Origin: Aplysia californica
Lineage: Eukaryota
Direction of reading: 5' to 3'
NCBI RefSeq assembly: GCF_000002075.1
Contig: NW_004797413.1
Location: 890,549 to 954,548 of the forward strand
DNA length: 64,000 nt
Positions within the stretch are counted from its first letter, which is position 1; each line of letters begins with the position of its first letter. Both the position numbers and the translations under genes were made by a program. Below the pieces are notes generated by a model, which saw nothing but the letters and a program-made list of their open reading frames with translations, made no database searches and was not told the origin of the DNA. Positions 37,217 through 49,600 of the stretch are shown here, in pieces.

Positions 37217-38935
37217 AGGCTATTGTTAGGGGACCGTACGCCCCAATAGCGCTTGGCGCTAGGGGACCGTACGCCCCCATAGTGTTTGGCGCTAGGGGAC
37301 CGTATGCCCTACCTGCGCTAAGGCATGGTGTTACGGGACCATACACAGATATGCACGCATCTGGACTTTGTGCAAAAATACTGGAGGAAAACGGCCAGTT
37401 TAATGAAGCTCCTGACGTAAGGAGTTATTACAAGGAGAATGTTTAAAATATCTGAATACGATTGTGAGGTATCCGTTGCAGTGGGTGAACCAGAATTTGA
37501 AATTTGCTCACGTCTGCACCCACGTTGTTGCTATATATGTCAGTAAAAGAAATCAAAGAGAGAGGGAGAGAAAGAGAGNNNNNNNNNNNNNNNNNNNNNN
37601 NNNNNNNNNNNNNNNNNNNNNNNNNNNNNNNNNNNNNNNNNNNNNNNNNNNNNNNNNNNNNNNNNNNNNNNNNNNNNNNNNNNNNNNNNNNNNNNNNNNN
37701 NNNNNNNNNNNNNNNNNNNNNNNNNNNNNNNNNNNNNNNNNNNNNNTGTGTGAAAAACAGACAGAAAGGAAGTGAGAAAGAAAGAAAGAAAGTAAGAAAG
37801 TAAGAAGGAGCGGGAGAGAGAGAGAGGGAGACAAAGTGTGAGTATGTGTGTTTGTGTGTGTGTGTGTCTGTGTGTTAAAGAGAGAGAGAGAGAGAGAGAT
37901 GAGAGGGGGGGGGCTTGAGAAAAAGAGAGAGATAAATAGATTTACACAAAGGAAATGTTTCGGAGAAAAATGAGTAGGATAATAGTGTGTGTGTTCAGGC
38001 GCATTCTGCGGGCAGACATGAGTACATTTTAAAGCTTTGCGACCTGAAATAAATAGGCCCCTAAGCCCCATTTAATGACGCTCGTAAACGCCAGAAAATT
38101 ACTCACTTTTGCATGAGAGAACACGCCTGAGCACGCATTCAGTCTTGATAGCGCGCAAGACGCAAGATCAACTCACATTCAGTAACAATAACAATAACAT
38201 GAAAAGAAAGGAAAAAGAAGACAGCTTGGAAAAAGTAGATAAAAAGCAAAGCAAACTTGACAGAACGACGGGTCGTGAACTAAGCACAGACGAATTAAAG
38301 TTTATTTGCAAGCGCATTACATATAATATTACACGCCTGTCCATATTAATTTAATAAAACAACGTTAGTATAACTGGACTACTTTTGCGCGCAGGTGTAG
38401 TGTAACTATAGTGCGGTCAAAAATTCGTGGCGCAACTTTTCCTCAAATATCTCTTTAACGGGAGCAAAGTCACCCATACTTTGCACAGCAGTTGGTATTA
38501 AAATTTTTTAAAACTGAATCATATTTTTCCTCAACAATTGAGGCTCGATCAAAAAAATGTTCTTCATAAATGTATATAAAATACTAGGCATATAAATCTC
38601 CATCACGCGAAAAATGTGATTGTTCATAGCACTTCCCGCTTCTCGCACACATTTTACGCATGGCCTACGTCATAGCTACTGGATACCTCACAATCTTATT
38701 CAGATATTTAAACATTCTCCTAGTAATAATTCCTTACGTCAGGAGCTTCGTTAAACTGGCCGTTTTCCTCCAGTATTTTTGCAAAGTCCAGATGCATGCA
38801 TATCTGTGTACGGTCCCGTAACACCACGCCTTAGCGCAGGGAGGACATACGGTCCCCTAGCGCCAAACGCTATAGGGGCGTACGGTCCCCTAGCGCCAAA
38901 TGCTATTGGGGTGTACGGTCCCCTAACAATAGCCT
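37217..38935. mobile_element. Non-autonomous PIF/Harbinger-like transposon with ~260-bp TIRs
   Basis: TAA|AGGCTATTGTTAGGGGACCGTAC... and ...GTACGGTCCCCTAACAATAGCCT|TAA: 3-bp TAA TSD. The long inverted arms (37217-~37475 and ~38681-38935) contain 33-bp subterminal repeats. Confidence 0.85.
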
Positions 38936-38944
38936 TAAATAAAA

Positions 38945-39543
38945 GGAAGAGGCTAGCCGTACTTAATGACGGCTAGACTGGCAGTCTAGCCGTACTTAAG
39001 TACGGCTAGACTCACAGTCTAGCCGTACTTATTCTTAATATGATGGCTAGACTGACCATTTACAAAAAATAGGCCTACTGAATTGTAAATATACATTTTT
39101 AGTGTGCAGTACCTAAAGTATTTGTATTTGAGACAAAACCAGGTTCCTTAATGACAGTGCATGTATTTTAAACCTCCTGTTTTCTAATGTAAATAGGGCC
39201 TAAGATAAGTACGGCTAGACTGGCAGTCTAGCCGTACTTAAGTACGGGTAGACAGCCAGGCTAGCCGTACTTAAGGACGGCTAGACTGTCAGGCTAGCCG
39301 TACTTAATATTGATGGCTGAATTGTAAATGAAAATTTTAGTTTGCAATGCCTAAAGTATTTGTATTTCAGACAAAACCAAAACGTGCCTTACTGACTTGC
39401 ATGTATTTGAACCTGAATAATTACTAGATCTAGATCTAATGAGACCTGTGTACTTAACAGGCTTGAGTCGATTGGGCCAAACCTAGATCTAAGTATGGCT
39501 AGACTGGCAGTCTAGCCGTACTTAAGTACGGCTAGCCACTTCG
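38945..39543. mobile_element. MULE (Mutator)-like MITE, copy 1
   Basis: Ends GGAAGAGGCTAGCCGTACTTAA / TTAAGTACGGCTAGCCACTTCG. 9-bp TSD taaataaaa at 38936-38944 and 39544-39552. Many internal palindromic CTAGCCGTACTTAAGTACGGCTAG units. Confidence 0.9.
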
Positions 39544-39879
39544 TAAATAAAATGCCTAGGCCTATAACTGCCACTATTGCCACCAGTAATTAAATCTACC
39601 CGACTTCTGCAACTGCTGTTTACACTCTCACTGACTGTGCTCCACTTACAATATTACAACTTACACGTGCAAGACTTGTTTACCTCTTGTCAGTTACATT
39701 TCATGGTTTCTTATATTATATATCTCTGAATCTGGATCACTCTGAACAGACTCAAGACTGGTGCATTCCACACGAGAAGGCATGCTCTCGTACTTCAATT
39801 TCTCTCCTGACGTCAAACACACTCTCCCGTCTTGTTCTCCTTACTTATAAGTTATATCAGAGGTCAGTAAGTAGCACAT

Positions 39880-40095
39880 AGAATCTAGATCTATGGAATA
39901 CTATACTACTATACTAGATCTAGATCTAGATTCTAGATCTAGATCTAGATCTAGATATTAGCTGTTTAGATTTCAGAGTATTTTTTTACACGAGCAATAG
40001 ATCTAGATCTAGAATCTAGATCTAGATCTAGAATCTAGAATCTAGAATCTAGATTAGATCTAGATCTAGAATTAGATCTAGAAATCTAGATCTAG
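39880..40095. repeat. (TCTAGA/AGATCT)n palindromic microsatellite cluster
   Basis: Dense agatctagatctag runs. Smaller clusters at ~2020-2350, ~9210-9260 and ~11980-12330. Confidence 0.9.
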
Positions 40096-40299
40096 TGCAT
40101 GACGGTTCGACACGACGTCTCACTCAACTCACATACAGTCACCAAATGATTTGCAAGTTCTCTGCTGTCACTCCACCAAGCCACAGAGATACATCATTCA
40201 GTGCGTCAGAGCCTTTTTTCAATATTTTTGCAGAGCAGACTTTGCCATCATACACGTCCTTAGTCCTGTCTAATAAGTCTTTTTCGTGTATCATTCACA

Positions 40300-40800
40300 A
40301 GAAGTTTCCTAATTAAGCAATAGCCTGTATCAGTTGATGGAAATTTAACCAATTCATTCACAATTTTTTACACTCGCCCAAGGCCTTTCAACGGAATAAA
40401 ATTAACAAGTAGATCTAGGCTAGATCTAATATAAAACTGTATCACACAGTGGGCACCTCAAAATGGGAATTTTTTGTTTTGCTAAATTTTATGCCCCGCC
40501 CCCATCCAAATTTGCTTCCGTTCCGGAAGAAGCTAAGAGTACTCGCAAAATTATTATCATTACTTTGTACGCACAATCTATTTTTGTTATCATCGCAGAA
40601 TCACGAGCCCAGCAACAATGACAGGTAATTGATTGTATTGATCTGGCCTTATCGTATTTTGGGCCCAAGCTGAGTAATATGGATGCGACTCTCTGATGGA
40701 GCGGAACTACACGTAGTTTGTTTCTCAAGCGAAACTGGGGGCTCAGGGTTGTTACTTTGAGATTGTTTTTTCGGTTGTGATTTGACGTAAGTTGTAAGTG
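40300..40800. promoter_or_regulatory. Candidate bidirectional promoter between SelL (-) and presenilin (+)
   Basis: The genes diverge around this region. GC box gccccgcccc at 40493-40502, ETS-like cttccgttccggaag at 40515-40529, CRE-like tgacgtaa at 40783-40790. Candidate first-exon donors on both sides: minus TAT|gtgagt at 40133, plus CAG|gtaatt at 40624. Confidence 0.55.
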
Positions 40801-41458
40801 AGTCAGTGAGGGGAGGAAGTGCAGTAACATTACTGACTGTTGTACATTCACAATAATTTATCGAACGAACTGGTTTTTCTTCACTGGTTTAAATAACAAC
40901 CGAAGGCTCTATCTCTTGCCTTACCTACTTATCACATGTTGTCAGACTTGCCATTATGGTTAGATTTATTTTATGCTTTACAAATGCTACGTTCATTCTG
41001 TGTGTATCACGCCTCTGTGTAAGCCTACTGTTGTTACTGAATTTTTCACTTCCTCCTCACTTCTCTCCTCAGTCCTCAGTTCCCCACCTTCTTGTTGCCT
41101 CTGTTTGTATTATGATTCCCCTAGCCCCTAGTATAGAATCTAGATGCTTTCATTTATTTGATTAAACGGATTGATTGAAATGACTTTTGTTTGAATCAGG
41201 GTAGTCAGGAAGGATGAATAATGAATTGACTATGATTGACACTAAACGGGAGGACTTTCGTAACATTCGACCACTATGAGTATGAGACAGTGCAATAGAG
41301 AATTAGGGTTAGGTCTCTTCTTTATTGTGTTTGTTGGGGTGGTTGCTCATTACGGAAGTCGTTCCCACTAAACTGAAAGTGTTAGCTTTTTACAACACGT
41401 AGACTTAATGACTGAGTGAATGGGAGTTCTGTGTAGTGAATTGTTTTAAATATAATAT

Positions 41459-42093
41459 GGAAGAGGCTAGCCGTACTTAATGACGGCTAGACTGGCAGTC
41501 TAGCCGTACACTTAAGTACGGCTAGACTCTCAGTCTAGCCGTACTTATTCTTAATATGATGGCTAGACTGACCATTTAACAAAAAATAGGCCTACTGAAT
41601 TGTAAATATACTTTTTTAGTGTGCAGTACCTAAAGTATTTGTATTTGAGACGAAACCAGGTGCCTAAATGACAGTGCATGTATTTTAAACCTCCTGTTTT
41701 CTAATGTTAATAGGGCCTAAGATAAGTACGGCTAGACTGGCAGTCTAGCCGTACTTAAGTACGGGTAGACAGCCAGGCTAGCCGTACTTAAGGACGGCTA
41801 GACTGTCAGGCTAGCCGTACTTAATATTGATGGCTAAATTGTAAATGAAATTTTTAGTTTGCAATGTCTAAAGTATTTGTATTTCAGACAAAACAAAAAG
41901 GTGCCTTACTGACTTGCATGTATTTGAACCTGAATAATTACTAGATCTAGATCTAATGAGACCTGTGTACTTAACAGGCTTGAGTCGATAGGGCCAAACC
42001 TAGATCTAAGTACGGCTAGACTTGCAGTCTAGCCGTACTTAAGTACGGCTAGACTCTCAGTCTAGCCGTACTTAAGTACGGCTAGCCACTTCG
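41459..42093. mobile_element. MULE (Mutator)-like MITE, copy 2
   Basis: Near-identical to 38945-39543 and in the same orientation, with its own 9-bp TSD atataatat at 41450-41458 and 42094-42102. Confidence 0.9.
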
Positions 42094-43618
42094 ATATAAT
42101 ATATGCCCTCAGTTATGATAGTGATAGTTTAAATCATAGATTAGCCTAAACAGTTAATATTAATATTTTCCCTGATTATCAGCATAGGTGTGTTGCATTG
42201 CTGCTGATATTCAGTGATGTGTACCCTTTTTTCTGTCTCAACACTCAACTTTGGCTTTGGCAATGCAACTTAAAGTAGACTGAACAGGAATGTTTTGACA
42301 ACCGAGGATAAAAGGCTTTAAGGGGTGACTGTACAAGTTGGCAAATCACAAGTTCAGTTATAAAGAAATATACCAGTACAACAGATATTATATAATCATA
42401 TGGAAAGAAAAACAAGCCAACTTGATAGATTGTATGACTTTTATAAAACAATGCAAAAAATTCCAAACCTTGAAATTTAACATCATGGTCAAAGCCTAGA
42501 AAAGTAAGCAAAATGAAATTGAATTGACATAAAACTGACCAATTTTTTTCAGCTAACATCAATAATTTCACCTTTATTTTGTTATTGATTGTCTCCAGCA
42601 GCCCAATATAATCCTTTCTTTTCTTGTGTGAAAGTTTTCAAATTACTCGGAATACATTTATTATATAATCCAGGTTTTGTGGGGCAATGGTAGCTTTTTG
42701 CGCCTGGAAGGACTAGGCTAGATTAGAACTAAAACCCCCTTGAAACAAAAGAGATCCAGTCTCATCAAGATCATAGATTTCAAATATGATGTTTCTATTT
42801 CAGTTGCAGACAATATCCCTGATCAACAATTGAAATTGAATTATAAATGCCATACATTTGTTGTATATAAATTATAAAGTCCTGAGTTAGAATCAGCTGA
42901 TTTGATGCCATAATTCATACATCATATAAGAAGGTCACTTGTTGACTCTATTTATGCCACACATCACATGTAGTGAAGGGGTTAATAACTTTGCTGCTTT
43001 GAGCACTCACACAGAGTAAATGTGGCCTTTTAAAAAACTTGTACACAATGTCTAAGGCTGACACTAACTTCCTGCTGGCAATAACTATGTGCTGGAGCAC
43101 CCTAAATAGCTGAGTGGGTTAAGATTGAGTGCAACCTAGTTTGTCTTGCAATCACTAACTTGCCTTGGACATTTTTTCTGTGTGAAACGTTGAAGTTAAG
43201 CCCAAATTCAATTCAAACATACACTTTTGACACCTTTGTTTTGAAAGATGATAGTGTTTCCAAACTTTTTCTATGGTATCTGTTTTCTCAAAATGACTTT
43301 TACTAATTTTCAGCTGTAATATACTCCCTTTGTTTTAGTTTTCGAAAATTTGGAAAAGATTTTGGGATAAAATCCTCAGGGATTTGGAAATAGAAAAAAA
43401 AGCTCACTTTTGTAAAATAACAATGGCATTTTAGACTTAATGGGATTTTAGATGGCCCTATAGGTTACAAATCATTGAGCAAGTGTTTTGTTCCTGTGTG
43501 CTGTTGGCATCGCTGACCGATTATTACGCCACAGCGCCAGAAGAGAGAGAGAGTAAATGATCGTTCACGTTCTTTTTTCTTGTCCCCTTTTGTGCAGCCT
43601 TAGTGGGATATTGACTGC

Positions 43619-46600
43619 ATGAATCCCCAACGGAGCTCAACGACTTCTGTAGGTGTGGACAGCTCTCCCACGGAGAGGACCGGACTAATGAGTAACCTGA
43701 CAGGCGGGGAGTGGGCGGGGGAGAGTGGGAACTTCTCTCCGGTCCGCCGCTACTCTGCCGCGGACGATGAGGCCACGACGGTGCCAGAGGTACAGCAGGC
43801 TGTGTGTGTGTTCGTGCGTGTGTTGGTGGGGGGGGGGGGGGGTGGGTTGTTTGTTCGTGTGTGTGTTTCTGTGGGTGGGTGTACGCATGCGTGTGTGTGT
43901 GTTGCATCTCAGCTCAGTGTCTGCTTATCCTTCACGTTGACTGTTTCATTTACTTTTTGATCTAGTATTTTTTATTTAGAATTGTTTGATTACACTACTA
44001 TTTTTCCCATTATGTTCTGTTCTCACAACTGGCAGTCCCTTCTTTTAAATTGTTTCCTTTTACTCTACTCTTCCTATTCATTCTCCCTTTTCACTTTTTT
44101 GGTATACATTTCGACTCAAAACCAAAGAGCTAATCTTATAAGAATCTTTTCTTTCTCTTTTTTTGTTTGTTTGTTCCACATACGAGAACTCAAGGGTAGT
44201 GAACTGTAGGTTATTCAACACCCAATGAAGCTGATTTTTGTATGTATAATAACGTGCTTTTTTTTCTCAAATCAAGAGGGTTTTATCGTTCCGCTGTCAG
44301 ACCGCAGTTTTTGAAGATGCTTTTTAAAGATGGGTATTCGTGCTGATGAGAGTCTCTGCAGTTTTATAAGACCTATTTTTTTATAAGTTCTGTGAAACTT
44401 AAAAAACTTTTTTTTAAACTAAGGTGGGGGGGTCAAAGTTTGTATTTGTATTTTAACAAGTAATTCTCCCCCCTCCCTCTTTCATCCCCCTGCTTCAGAC
44501 ATCAGTGGTGACCCCCTCGACCAACAGCACAACAAACCAGCAGCCGCAAAGTCAGAGAACGCGGCGCGGCGAAGGGTCTCAAAATAGATCTGACGGTGAT
44601 GGAGCGGCGGCCACCCGTGGTGGCGGTGCCCAGCCAGCTGCTGCTGCGAGGCAGGAGGCGGGGAGAGGGAGCGGAGAGGCGGTGTCGGGGCAGCAGGAAG
44701 AGGAGGACGACGGGGAAGAGACGCTTCTGTACGGGGCCAAGCACGTCATCATGCTGTTTGTCCCCGTCACGCTGTGTATGGTGGTGGTGGTCGCGACCAT
44801 CAGTTCCATCACGTACTACACCACGAAGGGAACCTATTTGTAAGTTGTTCACGCCGCGCTAGCTCTGGCCCTTTTTTTTTCTTTTTTCCTTCTCTGCTGC
44901 AGAAGTCGCTATCTGTTTTTGTTTTTTTTCTTCCATACTTTAGTTATCTTGTCTTTTAACTTGATAATAGTTGGGTTATGCGTGTGTATTTCTTGTCTGT
45001 ACATTCCATACCACAACAAAGTTGGGTTATTGTGGTGTATATTTCCTGTCAGTACATTCTTTTCCATATTAAGAGTTGGGCTGTGTATGTGTGTCTTCTC
45101 CATGTGTGCAAGCTAAAAAAAAACTTTTGGGACAAGAGTTGGGTTATGTGTGTGTATTTCCCCAGCATGTACAAGTGTTGGGTTATTTGTGTGTATACTG
45201 TATTTCCCCAGTCTGTACAAGTGTTGGGTTATTTGTGTGTATACTGTATTTCCCCAGTCTGTACAAGTGTTGGGTTATGTGTGTGTATTTCCCCAGTCTG
45301 TACAAGTGTTGGGTTATGTGTGTGTATTTCCCCAGTCTGTACAAGTGTTGGGTTATGTGTGTGTATTTCCCCAGCCTGTACAAGTGTTTGGTTATGTGTG
45401 TGTATACTGTATTTCCCCAGTCTGTACAAAGAGTTGGGTTATGTATGTGTATACTGTATTTCCCCAGTCTGTACAAGTGTTGGGTTATGTGTGTGTATAC
45501 TGTATTTCCGCAGTCTGTACACCCCATTCCATGACAAGTGTTAGGTAATGTGTGTGTATTTTCGCTGTCTGTACACAAGTTGGGTTATGTGTGTGTATAC
45601 TGTATTTCTCCAGCCTGTACTAGTGTTAGGTTATGTGTGTGTATTTCCGCAGCCTGTACACAAGTTGGCTTATGTGTGAGCATTTCCGCAGTCTGTACAA
45701 GTGTTAGGTTATGTGTGTGTATTTCCGCAGCCTGTACACACGTGTTGGGTTATGTGTGTGTATTTCCGCAGTCTGTTCCACTGTTGTACCTCTGTTTCAT
45801 GACTTTATGTTGGGTTATGTATGTGTATACTGTATTTCCCCGGCGTGTACACAAGTTGGGTTATGTATGTGTATACTGTATTTCCCCGCGACCAAGCTGT
45901 GGCAGTCTATGGCTTTATGTTGGGTTATATATGTGTATACTGTATTTCCCCAGTCTGTACACAAGTTGGGTTATGTGTATGTATACTGTATTTCCCCGCG
46001 ACCAAGCTGTGGCAGTCTATGGCTTTCTGTTGGGTTATGTGTGTGTATACTGTATTTCCGCAGCCTGTACACCCCGTTCCACGACAAGACGGAAGACACC
46101 GGGACCAAGCTGTGGCAGTCTATGGCCAACGCCCTCATCCTGCTGGGCGCTATCATCGTCATGACCATCGTTCTCCTGCTCCTCTACAAGTACGAGTGCT
46201 ACAAGGTCAGGAACAAACTATAAATAGAAACAGCAAATTGTTTTTCGTTCTCCTGCCCCTCTACAAGTATGAGTGCTACAATAGTTCTTTTTTTTTTTCC
46301 TATGAAACATCTGTTTTCCTTATCTCTCTCCTCCTTCTTTTCTTTGTATGTTACTCTCTAGTAACAGATCTAATCTTTCATCTGTGGCACTTATGTGATC
46401 TCACTCTGTTGCAAGTGCTGATCTTATTTAGTTCACAGGTATAAACTGCTTTTAAATGTAAAAAACTCCAAAGAACTTGTTGACTTAAGAAAAAGCATAT
46501 TTCGTGTTTGTGTGTGTGTGCATGTGTGTACGTGGTGAAACACCAAACCAATGTGCGAGGGTCTGGACAATAAAGAGGTATCTTATCTTATCAGGTATGG

Positions 46601-49600
46601 CAACTCCATAGATAGGCGTGGCCTGGTTTATCGTAAATTTGGATTTAAAAGCCACTGAGCTTAGTACCGTTGTTTATTATGGGTTGTTGTTTTTTTATCC
46701 CTTTGAGGTGGAGAATGTTCACAACAGTTCTACTGAATATGAGTTTTTAAATTCCAATTTTGTAGTGGAATAGGTGTATTAATAGACCTTAACAATTCAT
46801 TGGAAGTAAAGTGTAGGTTTAAACTTTTTACTTTTTATTCTTTTTTTTATTATATAGTCCTTTGCAGTAACATTTGAAATTAATTTGTACCGTATTGAAG
46901 GCATTTATGAGGTCTATCTTCTCTGACTAGTATTTTCAATATTTGCATACTCTGAATATTTTGGTGGCCCCCTTGTATATGAATATGTTTGTGGGTGGTT
47001 GGCGGGTGCTTTGGTATGGTTTGCTCCTTCTTTCCAATCAAACATCTATCGTCCTTTTTCTCTCCTCCTTCTTTTTTGTGTTTGTTACTCTCTTGTAACA
47101 CATCTCTTCTTCGACACGTATATGACCTTATTGTGTTGCAAGTGCCGCAAAACTCTTACAAAATCTAATAATACAGGGCGCTGCACAGTGGCGACCGACA
47201 GTGGCATTGTTTGTAAACTGTTCTGTATTTGTGTAATAGTGTGTATTTATGTATGTATTTACACATGTGTGTATTTATGTATGTACGTGTTTATATTTAT
47301 GTATTTATGTATGTATGTTTGCCATTGTAAAACAAAGTGCCCTTCTGGGACAAACAAAAGTGTAATTTATTTTTATTATTATTATTATTTATAAATATGC
47401 TTTGTTTTGTTGGTTTCCTCAGATCATCAATGGGTGGCTCGTGATGTCTTCAGTGATGCTGCTGTTTTTCTTTTCCTACATATATCTTGAGTGAGTATGC
47501 ACGGATACGAATACGAGTTGCTGTTTAGTTAAGTGATTGTAACAGGAAATGTCCTTTCAACATGAGGAAAATCTTGGTAGCAGTCAAAATGTGGGTGGTT
47601 GGCGGGTGCTCTGATGTGGTTTGCTTTTTCTTTTCTTCTTTCCTTTCAAACATCTATCGTCCTTATCTCCCCTTCTCCTTTTTTTATGTTTGTTACTCTC
47701 TTGTAACACCTCTAATCTCCTGGCGCTCATATGAACTTATGCTGTAAAACCTCCACTAAAACTTTTTTTAAATTGTTTCTGATGGCACCCGTTTTCAAAG
47801 AGCTAAGTGGCTGTCTTAGACAGGTGGCCATCTTACACAGTGTCATTATGTTGTAAAAAAAAATGTAAGTTGGGAAATGGGAAGTGACTGTTTGATTTGT
47901 AGGTGTTTGACTTATACTGGTGGCCGTTGGACTGTATCTGTAAAAAAAAAATGCATTTGATAAGTCCTACTCTTCCAAGAGATATATAATTTGTATTGCT
48001 ATTGGCTATAAGTTCATGCAGGCCGTCTCATTTTTCTTCGATCATCCACCATTGCTTCAGAGGACAATTTTGGTTAATTTGGAAGTGGTTCTTTTTAAGA
48101 CCTTGAAATTTTGAGGACAAAAGTAATTTTATGTCATTTGATAAAATTGTTTCACAAAGATCTTTGTCTCTCATCACTTTTCCTTTTCTCTTTTTCTTTT
48201 TGTCCTTGAACTGTCAAGGGATTCAATATGTTTTGAAATATTGTCTGTGGCTTCAAGTTATTTTATTCAATTCTCTCTAGAAATCATTCATTAACCCTTT
48301 AATTTAGCAGGTGGCTGGAAGAGACCACTGACAGATCCTAATTTTTTTCCCCCTCTGTTGTCTCTGTCTGTCCCTTTTGTTTTTTCCCTGCACAAAATGA
48401 CAGTTATTGCGTCTCCATGCTTCTCTTTACACAAAAAAAAAACCCCAAAAGAAACAAAATTTGCATTTGGTAACCCTCTCTTCGGATGTAATTGCATGTG
48501 GATGCTCTTCTGTGCTATTGCATGATAAAGGTTCAGTTTTAAGTGAAGTAAATAAAACTTACGGGTGTCAGGGAAAGATCAGGATAACGTGGCTTTTCTA
48601 AAAGCATCTGAGCAAAGGAATGAATGGCGAACCATTATAACCGATGTCTGTTACAGATCTGGCACTTGAAGACGATGGGGAAAAAAACAACCCCAACCCT
48701 GTGAACTTTCATGCCCTTTTTTATTTGCAGACAAATTCTACGTGCCTACAACGTCCCGATGGACTATATCACAGTGGCTATCATCATGTGGAACTTTGGC
48801 GTGGGGGGCCTGTTCTGCATCCACTGGAAGGGGCCGCTACTCCTGCAGCAGGCGTACCTCATCAGCATCAGCGCGCTGGTGGCCCTCATGTTCATCAAGT
48901 TTCTGCCGGACTGGACGACATGGGCCGTGCTGGGCGTCATGGTGGTGTGGGGTGAGGACCAAAGACTGCTGTCTTCTTTATATCAGAGGATAGGATAAAC
49001 TTTTGTGTCACTTTACAGGCTAATCTCCCTATATGTTGGAGCATTCTCTGTCAGAGGACAGGATAAACTCTCTGTCACAGAATAGGATAAATTCTTTACC
49101 AATGAATAGGATCAACGTTACGTCACATGATAGGATAAACTCTTTATGAACAGATAAGATAAACTCTTTATCAAGGGATAGGATAAACTCTATATCAAAG
49201 GATAGGAAAAACTGAACATCAGAGTATAGGATAATCTTTATTTCATGTTGTAGTATAAACTCTTTGTCAACGGATAGGATGAACTCTATGTCATAGGACG
49301 GGATAAAGTCTGTGTCATGTTGCATTAGAGGAAAGAATAACTCTAATAAAGTCAAAGCTCAAAAGGCTTGAACTGGTAGTTCCTTGTCTTCTTTTTAGCA
49401 ATGCTTATTCACACCAAATTTGTACTCGGATGAAATGCTTAAATTACTTTGTTGAGTGTACCCACCGATTTACAGATAGGGGTATTCTACTGATTATCAG
49501 CCAAAGCTCAGTTTGAGGATTAAGTTTGAATCACTTTCTGTGTTACCATGCATTGTGAAGTTATTACACAGTTATTTCCCTTGTAAATAAGTGTTTGTTT

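Noticed and set aside
44978-46060. Cys/Val/Tyr-rich ORFs of 130-208 aa
   Set aside because: Translations of the splice-acceptor minisatellite; only 46064-46205 is real exon.
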